64,000 nt of DNA, taken from contig JBFMAF010000010.1 of NCBI GenBank assembly GCA_040755995.1, positions 224,001 to 288,000 of the forward strand. The letters run 5' to 3'. Position numbers and translations under genes: made by a program. Below are positions 1-11,157 of the stretch, in pieces (position 1 is the stretch's first letter; every line of letters starts with the position of its first letter). The notes beneath the pieces are model-generated. The model did not search any database. It saw only the letters and a program-made list of their open reading frames with translations, and was not told the origin of the DNA. This DNA comes from Acidobacteriota bacterium. GTDB lineage: Bacteria > Acidobacteriota > CAIWXX01.

Positions 1-323
<323 letters not shown>

Positions 324-327
<4 letters not shown>

Positions 328-1541
328 GAATCATTCGCCTGTGCGGGCAGGCCGCGGGCGCGCTTTGGAACCAGCGGGGCAAGGCCCTGTTGATGTTCCT
401 CGGAATCGCCGTGGGCATCATGCTTCTGACGGCGGTCGTGGGATTGAGCCAGGGGGTAGAGCGGCGCATAGGGCAGATCACTGCTTTCTTCGGCCCGCGG
501 TCCATAATGGTGTTCGCCGGGGGCGGCCGATTTGGCGGTCCTGGAGGCCGGAGCGCATCCACCTCCACGCTGAAGCTCGAGGACGTCGCAGCCATCCGGA
601 GCCGCGTGGCCGAGCGCGCTATCGTGTGCCCGGGTTTCGACGAGGACGACGTAGCGCTCAAGGCCGGCGACCTCAACACTACCGCGGACGTGAACGCAGC
701 CGACCCGAACTTCCCGCAGGCCTACGATTGGTACGTAGCCGCGGGTGATCCGCTGGATGAGGACGACGAGCGCGCGATGGCGCGTGTCTGCGTGATCGGA
801 ACCTCGGTGGCGAAGAACCTCTTCCCGGATCAGGATCCAATCGGCATGCGGGTCATGGTCAACAAAGTTCAGTTCACTGTGAAGGGGGTCTTCACCTCCA
901 GGGGCACCAACCCCATGGGATTCGACATGGATGACGAGATGTGGATACCGCTCTCTACGGGCATGCGGCGCCTCTTCCGCCGCGACAACATCCAGAGGAT
1001 CCGCCTCAATGTGCGGGAGGCATCGGACGTGTCAGCGGTGGCCGAGGAAGTGGCGGGCATCCTGCGACAACGCCACCACATCACGCCTCCGGAGGAGGAC
1101 GACTTCAGGATGCGCACGCCGGAGTTCATTGCAGCGCGCGTGAGGAGCATGGCGAGGACGGCAGAGCTGGTTGGAGCCGCATTGGCGACAGTCGCGCTCA
1201 TCGTCGGCGGGGTTGTGCTCATGAATATCCTGCTGCTATCGCTAAGCGAGCGTGTGCCCGAGATCGGTTTGAAGCGGGCGCTCGGAGCCAGCCAACGCGA
1301 CATCTTCGTCGAGTTCCTGGCAGAGTCCATTCTGGTCAGCCTCATGGGCATGGGGTTGGGCGTCCTGCTGGGCCTCCTTCCCGTCATTGTCATACCGAAG
1401 CTGTTTCCGATGATACCCATGGCTGTCACGTGGCGAACGTTCGCCTACGCGGCGCTGTTCTCCTCTGCGGTCGGCACGGTCTTCGGAGTACAGCCTGCGC
1501 GGCGCGCCGCCCGGTTGGATCCGGTTGAGGCGCTGAGATGA
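324..1541 (+). CDS. ABC transporter permease (MacB-PCD + FtsX domains)
   Basis: N-terminal TM, periplasmic domain, [24 protein letters not shown]-terminal [19 protein letters not shown] overlap with upstream gene. Confidence 0.95.
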
Positions 1542-2761
1542 ACCTGACGCGCTCGCTCGCCGTCTCTCTCGACGTCCTCATGGGGCACAAGCTCAGGACT
1601 CTGCTCTCCAGCTCGGGCATCGGCATCGGTGTCGCAGCCGTTGTGCTGATGGTCGGAGCCGGCAGGGCCGCAGAGGAGGACGTTGTAAGCAAGGTGCAGA
1701 GCATGGGCACGAACCTGCTCGTGGTGCAGGCGGGGCGCTTTCGCACCGTCGGAACTCACACTCATCAGGTGGCGCACTTCACCACACTCAAGCCGCAGGA
1801 TGTGCGGCTGATCGAACGGCACATCCGCGGAATCACCGCAATGTGCGGCTTCGTTCAGCGTGGGGTCACGGCGAGCTACCAGGGCGTGCGGACTCGGACG
1901 GTGATGGCCGGAGCCGGCTCCGAAATCTTCACCATCCGAAACATCACCGCCGATAGCGGTGCGCTCTTCACGAAGCTGCAGGAGCGTACCATGGCGAGGG
2001 TGGCGGTGGTGGGCCCGACAGTCGTGACCAACGTGTTCGGCGGGGCCGATCCAGTCGGTCAGACTCTCGAGATCAACAAGGTCCTCTTCAAAGTAATCGG
2101 AGTTGCGTCCGCCCGAGGCCAGGACCTGTCAGGGTTTGATCAAGATGATGTCATCTATGTTCCTCTTTCCACCGCCATGAACCGCGTGTTCAAGGTAGTC
2201 TACCTGCAGAGCATTCTGGTACAGGCGGACGGGCCTGAATCCATGCGGGAGCTCCCGGATGCCCTCACCCCATTGCTTCGCAGAAGCCACAGGCTCAGGG
2301 CGGGCAAGGAGGACGATTTCACGATCCAGGACCAGGCGCAGATCATGAAGACCGAGCAGGAGACGACCCAGGCATTCACGGTGCTGGTGGGCAGTGTGGC
2401 CGGCGTCTCGCTTTTCACGGGCGGTGTAGGCATCCTGGCGGTGATGCTCATTTCCATCCGCGAGCGCACCAGGGAGATCGGGCTGAGGCGCGCAATCGGC
2501 GCACGCCGCCGCGACGTGCTCCTTCAGTTTCTTCTAGAGGCCGGCGTTCTGGCCGGCATGGGAGGATTCGCTGGGATACTCATCGGTCTGGCCGGGAATC
2601 TCCTCACCTGCCGGCTAGCCGGCTGGCCGGTTGTCTGGCCCTGGAGCGCCACGCTCTACGCCTTCGGCATCTCGGTGGCGATGGGAGTCCTCTTCGGCCT
2701 CTACCCCGCCCGCAAAGCCGCGCGCCTCGACCCCGCCACAGCCCTCCACGCCGCGGCGTAG
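1538..2761 (+). CDS. ABC transporter permease (MacB-PCD + FtsX domains), second paralog
   Basis: ERTREIGLRRAIGA and YPARKAARLDPATAL motifs; ATGA overlap. Confidence 0.95.
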   Translation: MNLTRSLAVSLDVLMGHKLRTLLSSSGIGIGVAAVVLMVGAGRAAEEDVVSKVQSMGTNLLVVQAGRFRTVGTHTHQVAHFTTLKPQDVRLIERHIRGITAMCGFVQRGVTASYQGVRTRTVMAGAGSEIFTIRNITADSGALFTKLQERTMARVAVVGPTVVTNVFGGADPVGQTLEINKVLFKVIGVASARGQDLSGFDQDDVIYVPLSTAMNRVFKVVYLQSILVQADGPESMRELPDALTPLLRRSHRLRAGKEDDFTIQDQAQIMKTEQETTQAFTVLVGSVAGVSLFTGGVGILAVMLISIRERTREIGLRRAIGARRRDVLLQFLLEAGVLAGMGGFAGILIGLAGNLLTCRLAGWPVVWPWSATLYAFGISVAMGVLFGLYPARKAARLDPATALHAAA

Positions 2762-3549
2762 CCGACGTAGTCGCTGGTCTCGATGCCACCGCGCCTCATC
2801 GTGCATGCTCTCGACGGATCCCGCTCCGCCGCTGAGTTTTTGCTTGAGCATGATTTCCGCGGTCCAGCCGTGAAAGCCAGTTCTCACGTTCCTGGCATTG
2901 GAGTCGAAGTGCCTCGCGCGGCTCTTCTCGCTCATCGACCCCGCCAGTAGCCGGACCGACGGCGAAGATCAGCGACCGCCACGCGGAGGGAGCCACCAGG
3001 GCGTGCTGCGGGTCACACTGCGGTCCGCTTTGGATGCTTCTGTCTCCTGTATACAACCTCTTCTACCCTGCGGCTGGCTTCCAGATCCGACAGGATCTCC
3101 CCGGTGTCGAGGCGAACTGGTGTGGAGCTGTGGGACCTCCATGGAGGTCAACGGACACACATCCGGACCTTGACGGAGACCCGGATATCGTGCGGAGGGC
3201 CATCGGGCCGCTCTGATCGGTACACGGGACGGTGCCGCGCAGCGCCTGTGACTTCCGTCCGAACGCCACGAGCAGCGCCGGTATGAAGTGCCCGGAGGGG
3301 CGCGTTTCGCGATCTGGGACAACACGGCGCAGAACGAACGATGATCGTCCGCAAAGAACATGCCCTCCTGCCTGCCGGTAAGTCGATCCGGCGGACTGCG
3401 TGTGCACTCGCAATGAGGCAGCGCTTCCGAGCGCGAGATGCGGTGTGTCACGTATCGGCGTGCTGTGTTCGCCGCTACGATGAGGGGGCGGTCGAGAGGT
3501 GTGCGGAGGCAATCGATGGCGGCGCAAACAGGCCGCGCCGCCCCAGACC

Positions 3550-3807
3550 CTATGCGTACCTTGCGACTGGCACAGGGCGTGGCAGTGCCAGTTGTTGCCG
3601 ATGGAGTATGATCCGCTCTATTTCGTGAAGCGTCTCGGAAGTCAGGTATGTTTCCCCGCAGTGTGCGCACGTGACAACGGGCACGTTTTCGATGATGAGC
3701 AGGTTCTCTCCCTCACCGTAGCTCCGGGTGACGTGTCTCGCTCGCGCTCCCGACTTGCCGCAGATATCGCAAACCAACGCTGGCGGCTTCCTATTCCTCT
3801 TCGCCAT
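3550..3807 (-). CDS. YgiT-type zinc finger protein (MqsA-like antitoxin family)
   Basis: CDIC ... IIENVPVVTCAHCGETY pattern; overlaps the end of the upstream DUF4258-like gene. Confidence 0.85.
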   Translation of the reverse strand: MAKRNRKPPALVCDICGKSGARARHVTRSYGEGENLLIIENVPVVTCAHCGETYLTSETLHEIERIILHRQQLALPRPVPVARYA

Positions 3808-4078
3808 ACACTGTGATGATAACCAATTTCCGGGTCGGGCTCAATTTGAACACGATACCGATCAAACGGTGTTCAAGCGACTCGCCCTGACAGACGTATT
3901 TCCATTCTCCTGTCTTCTCGTCTCGTTGACGATCAACGACCGAGCCGACCAGAAGACCGTGCTCCACGTCGAACACGCTGAATAGGTCCTTGCGCATCTC
4001 TTCGTCGGCATGGCTCGTCATGACGTATTCACCGGTGCGGATCTTCTCTCATGCCTGGGCGAGGATGTTCGAATACAC
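3791..4078 (-). pseudogene. DUF4258-like putative toxin with in-frame TGA at codon 10
   Basis: GTG start at 4078 after a GAGGTAGG RBS-like sequence; reads MYSNILAQA*EKIRTGEYVMTSHADEEM...LVIITVY; TGA at 4049-4051. Confidence 0.75.
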
Positions 4079-4499
4079 GCTTGCATCCTACCTCGGAGCA
4101 AAGGAAGTGCACAACCGGGGACTGTAGACCGGCTGCATCGCCTCATCATTCGTGGACGTAGACATCGACCTCAACGCGAACCAATTCCTGTCTGCGAGGC
4201 CGTCCTGTTACCACGTGTGACTCCTCTCCCGGACGGTGGTTGTCCAGCCACCGCCCGCTCAACAACGCATGAACGATTTCAATAGCAGTCCCTTGATCCC
4301 ATGTCAATGAACTGCTGATACTAGTTCGAGACGGCCACGGCACGCCAGATGATCGTGAGCTGACCGAGGCTGACACGGGCGGCGAGCGCCCGCAGTTTCG
4401 ATGCACCGGGATTCCTGGTTGTGATGGGTCCGTTCCTGGCGGGATCTCTGTTTGACAGCAACTTGGCTTGCATGGAAGAGTAGCCCGAGGAGAAGGACG

Positions 4500-4953
4500 A
4501 TGGCATCGAAGCGCGAAGCATGGTTGTCGCTCTTGCCGTGCGACCCCCGGCCCGCGCTCCTCGCGAGCGACGAACCCTTCGCGCTTCGTCACCTTGACCG
4601 CCGTGCTCGGGAAGTCGGAGGACGACGCCGAGGTTCGCAGCACGCACAAGGCGGTCGTCGCCGATCCGCGCGTGCGCACGCTCGTCGATCGCCTGCCGGA
4701 CTGGGTGTCCGGCTTCACGTTCTCGGGGCACAACTCGCCCGGGTTCCCACCCAACATCCTGCGTCTTATCCACTGCATGGGTGTTCGCGCGGGCGACTTC
4801 CCCGTCATCGAGCGCATGCTCGACCAGATGCCACGGCATCAGGCCGACGACGGCCGCTACCTTACCCCGGGTGGCACCACAGGCAAGAGGCCCTCGGCGT
4901 GGGGGCAGCCTTCTACTGGCGCGATGGTTTCTCTTGGCAGAGCCGCCGGGTGA
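4500..4953 (+). pseudogene. Frameshifted and probably 3'-truncated hypothetical protein
   Basis: ATG at 4500 with AAGGA upstream gives MASKREAWLSLLPCDPRPALLASDEPFA; protein-like sequence continues in another frame (FVTLTAVLGKSEDDAEV...DWVSGFTFSGHNSPGF), consistent with loss of 2 nt in a GC dinucleotide run at ~4581-4584. Confidence 0.55.
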
Positions 4954-5000
4954 ATGATGAACCTGGACGCGGTATAATGTGTGCATTCGGAGGCTCCGAG

Positions 5001-5564
5001 ATGCCAAGCACAGTTGAGGCTCCCCCGACAGAACTGATCACCGGCGAAGCGCTGGAGAAGATGCCGGATATGGGCAGGTGCGAGCTCGTGGAAGGGAGGA
5101 TCGTGACGATGAGCCCGACCGGACAGGCGCATGGGGAATGCGAGGGCAACTTCTACGACCACATACGATCGTTCGTCCGCGCCAGACGACTCGGCAGAGT
5201 GAGCGTCGGCGAAGTTGGCATCTACACACGCCGCAGCCCCGACAGCGTCCGCGGCGCGGACGTGCTCTTCATCTCGAATGAACGGTACGCCCAGAAGAAG
5301 TCCCGGTCGTTTCTCGATGTGGCGCCGGATCTCGTCGTGGAAGTTCTGTCACCGGAGGACAGGTGGTCCGAGGTAATGCAGAAGCTGCGAGAGTATTTCT
5401 CCATCGGCGTCCGTTTGATCTGGGTGGCGGACCCTGAATCCCGCACCGTTTACGCCTACCGTTCCCTCACCGACATCAGGGAGTTTACCCTGAACGATGA
5501 GCTGCCCGGGGATGACGTGCTCCCGGGATTCTCGGTGAAAGTCGCGGAGCTGTTCGAGGACTGA
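5001..5564 (+). CDS. Uma2 family (PD-(D/E)XK) endonuclease
   Basis: ELVEGRIVTMSP, SVRGADVLFIS, PDLVVEVLSP, VLPGFSVKVAELF; GGAGG RBS and TATAAT at 4973-4978 upstream. Confidence 0.92.
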   Translation: MPSTVEAPPTELITGEALEKMPDMGRCELVEGRIVTMSPTGQAHGECEGNFYDHIRSFVRARRLGRVSVGEVGIYTRRSPDSVRGADVLFISNERYAQKKSRSFLDVAPDLVVEVLSPEDRWSEVMQKLREYFSIGVRLIWVADPESRTVYAYRSLTDIREFTLNDELPGDDVLPGFSVKVAELFED

Positions 5565-5627
5565 AGAGACTCGGGGTCGAGCCGGCGACGTCACGGACGA
5601 TCCCGGGGCTTCACCCATGATTGGAAC

Positions 5628-5647
5628 CCTGGGGCTCACGCCCCAGG
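5628..5647. repeat. REP-like palindrome CCTGGGGC-TCAC-GCCCCAGG
   Basis: Perfect 8-bp GC-rich stem with 4-nt loop, intergenic, downstream of Uma2. Confidence 0.5.
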
Positions 5648-5778
5648 ATTTGATCAGGTGGTTGCGCATGGAGCGTCCTGGGCGAATTCGCCGTAGCCGT
5701 GTGCGTAGAGGCGTGGGTGTTGCATTACGAATGCGACGCCCGGTAGACTGAACAGTTGTCAGATACAGGAGGGACACT

Positions 5779-7329
5779 ATGAAGAGACTGGGTCTCCACT
5801 ACCTGAGAAGGTCAGCGGTTTCTCTGGCCGGGATTTCCTACTTGCTATTCCTGGTCCCGGTTTCGGCTGCCGCACGGGAGAGCGGCGATCTCGACCAGAT
5901 CCTTCAGGAGCTGGAGGCCTACGCCCAGCAGCTCCAGAGCGAGCAGCGCGTGCCCGGAATGGCTTACGCGGTCGTCGAAGGCTCCGACACGGTGTATACA
6001 CGCGGCTTTGGATTCAGAGATCGGGACGCCTCCTCCGGCATGGTGGATGAGGCCACGCTCTTTGAGATCGGCTCGACGACGAAAGCCTTCAACGCCGCGG
6101 TCCTGGGCACGCTGGTTGACGAAGGCAAGGTCGCATGGGGAGACAAGGTGCGCGACCACTTCCCCGATTTCAAGATGTATGACAGCTGGGTGACAAAGGA
6201 GTTTCTCGTTGCGGATCTCCTTGCCCAGCGCCCAGGGATACCGCCGTACTCTCTCGACATGATGTCCTTGGTCGGGTTCAGCCGGAGGGACATCATGCGG
6301 GCCACGCGCTACGTCGAACCGGTCAGCAGCTTCCGCTCCCAATTCTCCTATCAGAACAACCTCCATCTGTGGGCCGCGGAGCTGATCGAGAGAAAGACGG
6401 GGATGGCATGGGAAGAGGTCGTTAGGCAACGCGTCCTGGAGCCCCTCGGCATGTCCGAGAGCACTTTCGACTTCGCCACCAACGATGCCAACCCGAATCA
6501 CGCGATGGGACACGTTCCCCAGAGCGACGGGAGCCTCTGGACGATTCCGTCCAACTGGCCGTACCGGGGTTGGCTGTTGACTTACGCCCCGGCTGGTGGC
6601 CTGAACTCGAACGTGAGGGACATGGCCAGATGGGTGGCACTGCAAATCGGGGAAGGCACCTTCGGCGGCAAGGTGTTCCTCAAGCCGGAGACGGTTCAGA
6701 CAATCCGGGCGCCGCGCATCTTCATGGCAAGTACCGCAACGGGCACGGCGTCGTACGCTACCGCCTGGGTCTTCCAGTCCTCCTCGACGACACCGTTCTA
6801 CTGGCACAACGGCGAAACGGTCGGAATGCACTCGATCGTGGCGGTCTACCCCGAAGGCGATCTGGGTCTCGTCGTTCTGACAAACACGTCGGGGAACACG
6901 GTGCCGGAATGCATGGTGTTGAAGCTCCTGGAGCTCTATTTTGGGAACGTCCCTCTGCCCTGCGCGACGCATGGGATGGAAGACATTGCTCCGGGGAGGA
7001 GGAGCCTGCCGGGGCCGATAGTGGAACCGGACAACAATGAATCGGCCATACCGCTAAACAAGCTCGTCGGAACCTATTCGAACCCCGCCTACGGGAAGAT
7101 CATCATCGAGAAAGCGGGAAGCGGCATCACGCTGACCATTGGACTCACGCCTCGTTCCGGGCCGCTTTCTCCGATTGGAACCAATCAGTTTCGATTCGAT
7201 TGGCCCGATTGGCCCGGGCAGCATTCTACGGTCGTCTTCAGGGCGGGCCCTTCCGGGAACGTCACGAAGCTGAGAGTCCTGGAGCTCTTCGATGTGCAAG
7301 GGGGAGATTTCAGGAGGATAGCCTACTGA
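5779..7329 (+). CDS. Secreted serine hydrolase (beta-lactamase/PBP class C-like) with C-terminal DUF3471-like domain
   Basis: Signal peptide; SxxK (GSTTKAF), YxN (FSYQNN), HNG triad; GTYSNPAYG C-terminal domain; AGGAGG RBS. Confidence 0.92.
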   Translation: MKRLGLHYLRRSAVSLAGISYLLFLVPVSAAARESGDLDQILQELEAYAQQLQSEQRVPGMAYAVVEGSDTVYTRGFGFRDRDASSGMVDEATLFEIGSTTKAFNAAVLGTLVDEGKVAWGDKVRDHFPDFKMYDSWVTKEFLVADLLAQRPGIPPYSLDMMSLVGFSRRDIMRATRYVEPVSSFRSQFSYQNNLHLWAAELIERKTGMAWEEVVRQRVLEPLGMSESTFDFATNDANPNHAMGHVPQSDGSLWTIPSNWPYRGWLLTYAPAGGLNSNVRDMARWVALQIGEGTFGGKVFLKPETVQTIRAPRIFMASTATGTASYATAWVFQSSSTTPFYWHNGETVGMHSIVAVYPEGDLGLVVLTNTSGNTVPECMVLKLLELYFGNVPLPCATHGMEDIAPGRRSLPGPIVEPDNNESAIPLNKLVGTYSNPAYGKIIIEKAGSGITLTIGLTPRSGPLSPIGTNQFRFDWPDWPGQHSTVVFRAGPSGNVTKLRVLELFDVQGGDFRRIAY

Positions 7330-7349
7330 TCGACCGCGAAATCCGGGAT

Positions 7350-7520
7350 TCAGTCGAATATCCTGGCCAGCTTCACCTCCTGCCAGGTGAAGTTCTCAGG
7401 CGCTCGGATCCACATCGTCAGCTCCCGGGGCACCGCGATGATCTGATAGATCGTGTCGGTCTTGTCAGTCGCACCACCTTCTTCAATAGTCTTCTCGAGC
7501 ACTTGCTTCGCGCGATTGGC
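7350..7520 (-). pseudogene. 3' remnant of a gene (resembles C-terminus of C45/Ntn-hydrolase family proteins)
   Basis: Minus strand reads KQVLEKTIEEGGATDKTDTIYQIIAVPRELTMWIRAPENFTWQEVKLARIFD* with no start codon; family assignment from memory. Confidence 0.45.
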
Positions 7521-8277
7521 TGAGCGACGAAACCGGCTGCCGGAGGTCGAAGACCCGCGGGCATGGCTGCTGGCCGTGACGCACCGAGCCGCAGTTGGCG
7601 AGGCTTATCCCCAAACTCCGACCGTGGTGAGTACGAGCGGGGACAGGCTCAGAGAGTTCGCAGGCGTGTACGAAATGGGCGGGGATGCCGGGCGATTCCG
7701 TGTGGCAGTCGAAGGCCTCGCGCCAACCATCGAGCCCCAAGGCCACAGGGCTTTTTCGATGTTGCACTCGTCTGCCGATGCTGAACCCGGCAGGTTCGAT
7801 CGGCTGAAGCGGCTAATGGGTGAGATCATCTCGAACAACATGGTGGGAAACTTCAAATCGCAGTTTGATGCCTGCGGCGGGCGTGTGACAATCGAGCGAT
7901 TGCGGGATAGGTGGCGCGAAATCACGAGCATCATCGAGGCTGAGAATGGCACAATCGTCAAGTTCGATATCCTGGGTACCGCGCGGAGGACTCAGAGGGA
8001 TGAGACGATCGTTCGGTTCACATGTGAGAGAGGATTCGTTTACATGACTTATGTGTGCGAGGCCGAGAAGGGCTCGAGCCTGCTGGGGATGTCGATGCGG
8101 GGACTTCCTGTGAGCCTCAAGGTCGTCCCCACAGGCGACACGACCTTTGCATCGTGGGATGGAGGGCTGCGCCCGTCGATGGCGATCGAATTCCGCGCGG
8201 ATGAGCGTTACCGAATGACTCCCGTGGTCGACCACGTCGTCGCAGTGCGCAGGAGCGTTCCGTTATCCCGGGGGTAG
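7507..8277 (+). pseudogene. Chimeric fragment: ECF-sigma-like peptide fused in frame to a serine-hydrolase-type C-terminal region
   Basis: FARLAERRNRLPEVEDPRAWLLAVTHRAAV resembles sigma region 2; followed by LREFAGVYEMGG...; no good start or RBS. Confidence 0.4.
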
Positions 8278-8361
8278 CATCGCCTCTGCTTGCCCACCCG
8301 ATCCGATCTGGTCGCCAAGATAATCGTTGACACTGTCTCCGATTTGCATGATATTCAGCAC

Positions 8362-9537
8362 ATGGCCTCACGAATTCCCAAGTTCAACCGGGAGCTCAAG
8401 CTCAGCTGGGTTCCGAATCCCGTCACGGGATCGGCTGCGGCCTTCCTCTGGGGCCCCCGTCAGACGGGCAAGACCACGCTCCTCCACCAGCAGTTCCCGA
8501 CTGCCAGGTTCTACGACCTGCTCGACTCGGGCCTCGCCGCGGAGCTCAGCGTGCAACCCCGGGTCTTCCGGGAGCAGACGCTGGCTGAGCGGCCCGAGCT
8601 CGTGGTGATCGACGAGATCCAGAAGGTTCCGGAGCTCCTCGATGAAGTACACTGGCTGCTCGAGAACACATCGACGCGGTTCGCGCTGTGCGGTTCGAGT
8701 GCCCGGAAACTGCGGCGTAGAGGACGGAATCTGCTCGGCGGCCGGGCGACCGAGTTTCGACTGTTGCCGCTGACCAGCGAGGAGATCCCCAGCCTGGATC
8801 TTCTCCGGCTTTTGAATCACGGTGCTCTTCCGATCCATTATCTGGTGGATGATCCGGCCCCCCTTCTTCGGGCCTATGTGAGTACCTACATCAAGGAAGA
8901 GATCATCGACGAGGCGGCGACCCGAAACGTTCCCGCCTTCAGCCGTTTCCTGCAACTGGTCGGGCTCACACACGGGCGCCAGCTCAACTATGCCAACATC
9001 GCCCGGGAAGCAAACGTCTCGGCGGCAACCGTGCGGAGCTACTTCCGGATCCTCGACGACACATTGCTGGGCTTCACGCTCGAGCCCTGGAGGAGGACGA
9101 GGCACCGCAGGCTCGTCGAGACCGCGAAGTTCTATCTCTTCGACATAGGCGTTGCAAACCACCTGGATCCGGAGGCTGGGACGATCTCGGAAGGATCGGA
9201 CCTGTTCGGGCGTGCCTTCGAGCATTTCCTGCTGAACGAAGTTCGTGCCTTCCTCGCGTACCGGGGGAAGAACAGGCGACTGACCTTCTGGAGGACCAGC
9301 TCGGGCTACGAGGTGGACCTGATTGTCGGTGATCTCGCACTGGCACTGGAGTTCAAGTCGGCGAAGCGTGTTCGGCACGAAGACTTGAGGGGTATGCGCG
9401 CGCTTCTCGACGAGCATCGGCCTGGTCGAGCAATAGTCGTCTCGTGTGAGGAGCGGCCGCGGACAACGGAGGATGGAATCGAGATCGTCGCGTGGAGGGA
9501 CTTCTGCAAGAGGCTGTGGCACGGGGAACTTGTCTGA
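8362..9537 (+). CDS. AAA_14 family ATPase with C-terminal DUF4143 domain
   Basis: Walker A GPRQTGKT, Walker B VIDEIQK, GSSARKL, KFYLFDIGV, YEVDLIV...EFKS. Confidence 0.92.
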   Translation: MASRIPKFNRELKLSWVPNPVTGSAAAFLWGPRQTGKTTLLHQQFPTARFYDLLDSGLAAELSVQPRVFREQTLAERPELVVIDEIQKVPELLDEVHWLLENTSTRFALCGSSARKLRRRGRNLLGGRATEFRLLPLTSEEIPSLDLLRLLNHGALPIHYLVDDPAPLLRAYVSTYIKEEIIDEAATRNVPAFSRFLQLVGLTHGRQLNYANIAREANVSAATVRSYFRILDDTLLGFTLEPWRRTRHRRLVETAKFYLFDIGVANHLDPEAGTISEGSDLFGRAFEHFLLNEVRAFLAYRGKNRRLTFWRTSSGYEVDLIVGDLALALEFKSAKRVRHEDLRGMRALLDEHRPGRAIVVSCEERPRTTEDGIEIVAWRDFCKRLWHGELV

Positions 9538-9711
9538 GTCGGCCTAGGCTCGGATCGCGATGCCGCTCATCTCGGGGTCTGGGGCGAGTCCGGTCGTAGC
9601 GGAGAAGGACCCGTGAGTGCACCCAGCGGCGGGCCTCCGCGTCGATCGGCGCTTCCGCAGCCCTGTCGGCGCGTGATCCGCCAATGCATGAGCAAGTGTA
9701 CTCGCCCCCGG

Positions 9712-9736
9712 CCTTCACCTGGTGAAGGTGTATAAT
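9712..9736 (+). promoter_or_regulatory. Palindromic operator candidate abutting a consensus -10 box
   Basis: CCTTCACC-T-GGTGAAGG (9712-9728) followed by TATAAT (9731-9736), 60 nt upstream of the GYF-PrsW ATG. Confidence 0.5.
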
Positions 9737-9796
9737 ACGCCGCAACAGGGAAGCGCATCCGAGCGGCGACCACATCAACTCGAAGGGGGATCGATC

Positions 9797-11029
9797 ATGG
9801 CTGAGCAGTGGTACTACCTGGCGAACCAGGAAACCAAAGGGCCGGTCGAGTTCGAGGCGCTGAAGCAACTAGCGGCCTCCGGTGTCATCGCGCGCGAGAC
9901 GCTGGTGTGGAAGGAGGGCCTGGCCGCGTGGACAGCGGCTTCGGCTGTTTCGGGTCTCTTCACCGCAGCCGGTGCCCACGCCGCGGCTCCTCCGCCACCC
10001 CCATCCGCGGTTGCCCGCGCACAGCCGGCGCGCGGGATCCTGTCGAATCTCGGCGCGAAGCTGAGCCACGCCTCTGAGCTTCCCACCGTCTCGGGCATCC
10101 CTGTCGGCGAGATCCTGATGGGGGGCCTGGGCAAGCAAACCCGCGCGGAGGATATCGAGCATGTCTTCGCTGCCGGCACCGCTCAGACTACGCCCGCGAT
10201 CTCTGAGGTGGCGGCCACCTGGCCGACGCCGCGTGTCTTCTGGCGGGTCCTGGCTGGAGCCGTCGGCACGTATGCCCTGTTGCGTCTCGGGTACCAGCAG
10301 TTCCAGAATCCGAATTTCATTCCCGGCATGATCGTGATCGGTTCATTCGTGGTGCCTTTCTCGGTGGTGGTGCTGCTATTCGAGCTGAACACCCCGCGGA
10401 ATGTGTCGGTCTACCAGGTCGGGAAGCTCATACTATTCGGAGGCGCTCTCAGCCTCATCCTTACGTCAGTCCTCTTCCAGGTGCTCCCCGGCTCGGGCGT
10501 CGGGGACCTGATCCCAGCCATGCTGACAGGCGTCATCGAAGAGACCGGGAAAGCTCTCGCGCTCCTCATCATGGTCCGTTCGATGCGGTATCCCTACCAG
10601 CTCAACGGAGTCCTCTTCGGAGCCGCGGTCGGAGCCGGGTTTGCCGGATTCGAGTCGGCCGGCTATGCCTTCAACAGCGAGACCGTTCAGGACGTGTTCG
10701 AAAGCATCTGGATGCGCGGCATCCTCGCTCCCGGCGGGCACGTTATCTGGACGGCGATGGTCGGATCGGCAATCTGGAGGGTCAAAGGCAACAAGCCTTT
10801 CGGGCTCGCCATGTTGTTCCACCGTGATGTCGTCCGCCGCTGGGCTATCGCAGTTATCCTCCACGGCATCTGGGACATGGACCTCGTTCCCAAGATCATC
10901 CCGTGGTGGGTGAAGCTGGCGATTCTGATCGTGATCGGCTGGTACCTCGTGTTTGCCATCCTCAAACAGTCGCTGGGTGAGGTCGAGGAGGCGCAGGCGG
11001 CCGCTGCATCCCCGGCGGCTGGCGGGTAG
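9797..11029 (+). CDS. PrsW family intramembrane glutamic protease with N-terminal GYF_2 (DUF4339) domain
   Basis: WYY...GPV...TLVWKEGLAAW (GYF_2); IEETGK, GFAGFES, GHVIWT, LHGIWD (PrsW motifs). Confidence 0.9.
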   Translation: MAEQWYYLANQETKGPVEFEALKQLAASGVIARETLVWKEGLAAWTAASAVSGLFTAAGAHAAAPPPPPSAVARAQPARGILSNLGAKLSHASELPTVSGIPVGEILMGGLGKQTRAEDIEHVFAAGTAQTTPAISEVAATWPTPRVFWRVLAGAVGTYALLRLGYQQFQNPNFIPGMIVIGSFVVPFSVVVLLFELNTPRNVSVYQVGKLILFGGALSLILTSVLFQVLPGSGVGDLIPAMLTGVIEETGKALALLIMVRSMRYPYQLNGVLFGAAVGAGFAGFESAGYAFNSETVQDVFESIWMRGILAPGGHVIWTAMVGSAIWRVKGNKPFGLAMLFHRDVVRRWAIAVILHGIWDMDLVPKIIPWWVKLAILIVIGWYLVFAILKQSLGEVEEAQAAAASPAAGG

Positions 11030-11157
11030 CCCGACTGTTCCTCAATCGAGTATCAGAGCGATCCTCTCTTCTTCTTGGTGAGCTTGATGCTGACGGTGCG
11101 GCTGGGCGGAAGGACGATGTTGCCCGATGCGATCAGGGATCGAGCTCGATCAACAAA

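Noticed and set aside
2762..3549. Possible gene or transposase remnant in the intergenic stretch
   Set aside because: Only faint resemblances in short peptides; no catalytic motif or terminal repeats that I can support.
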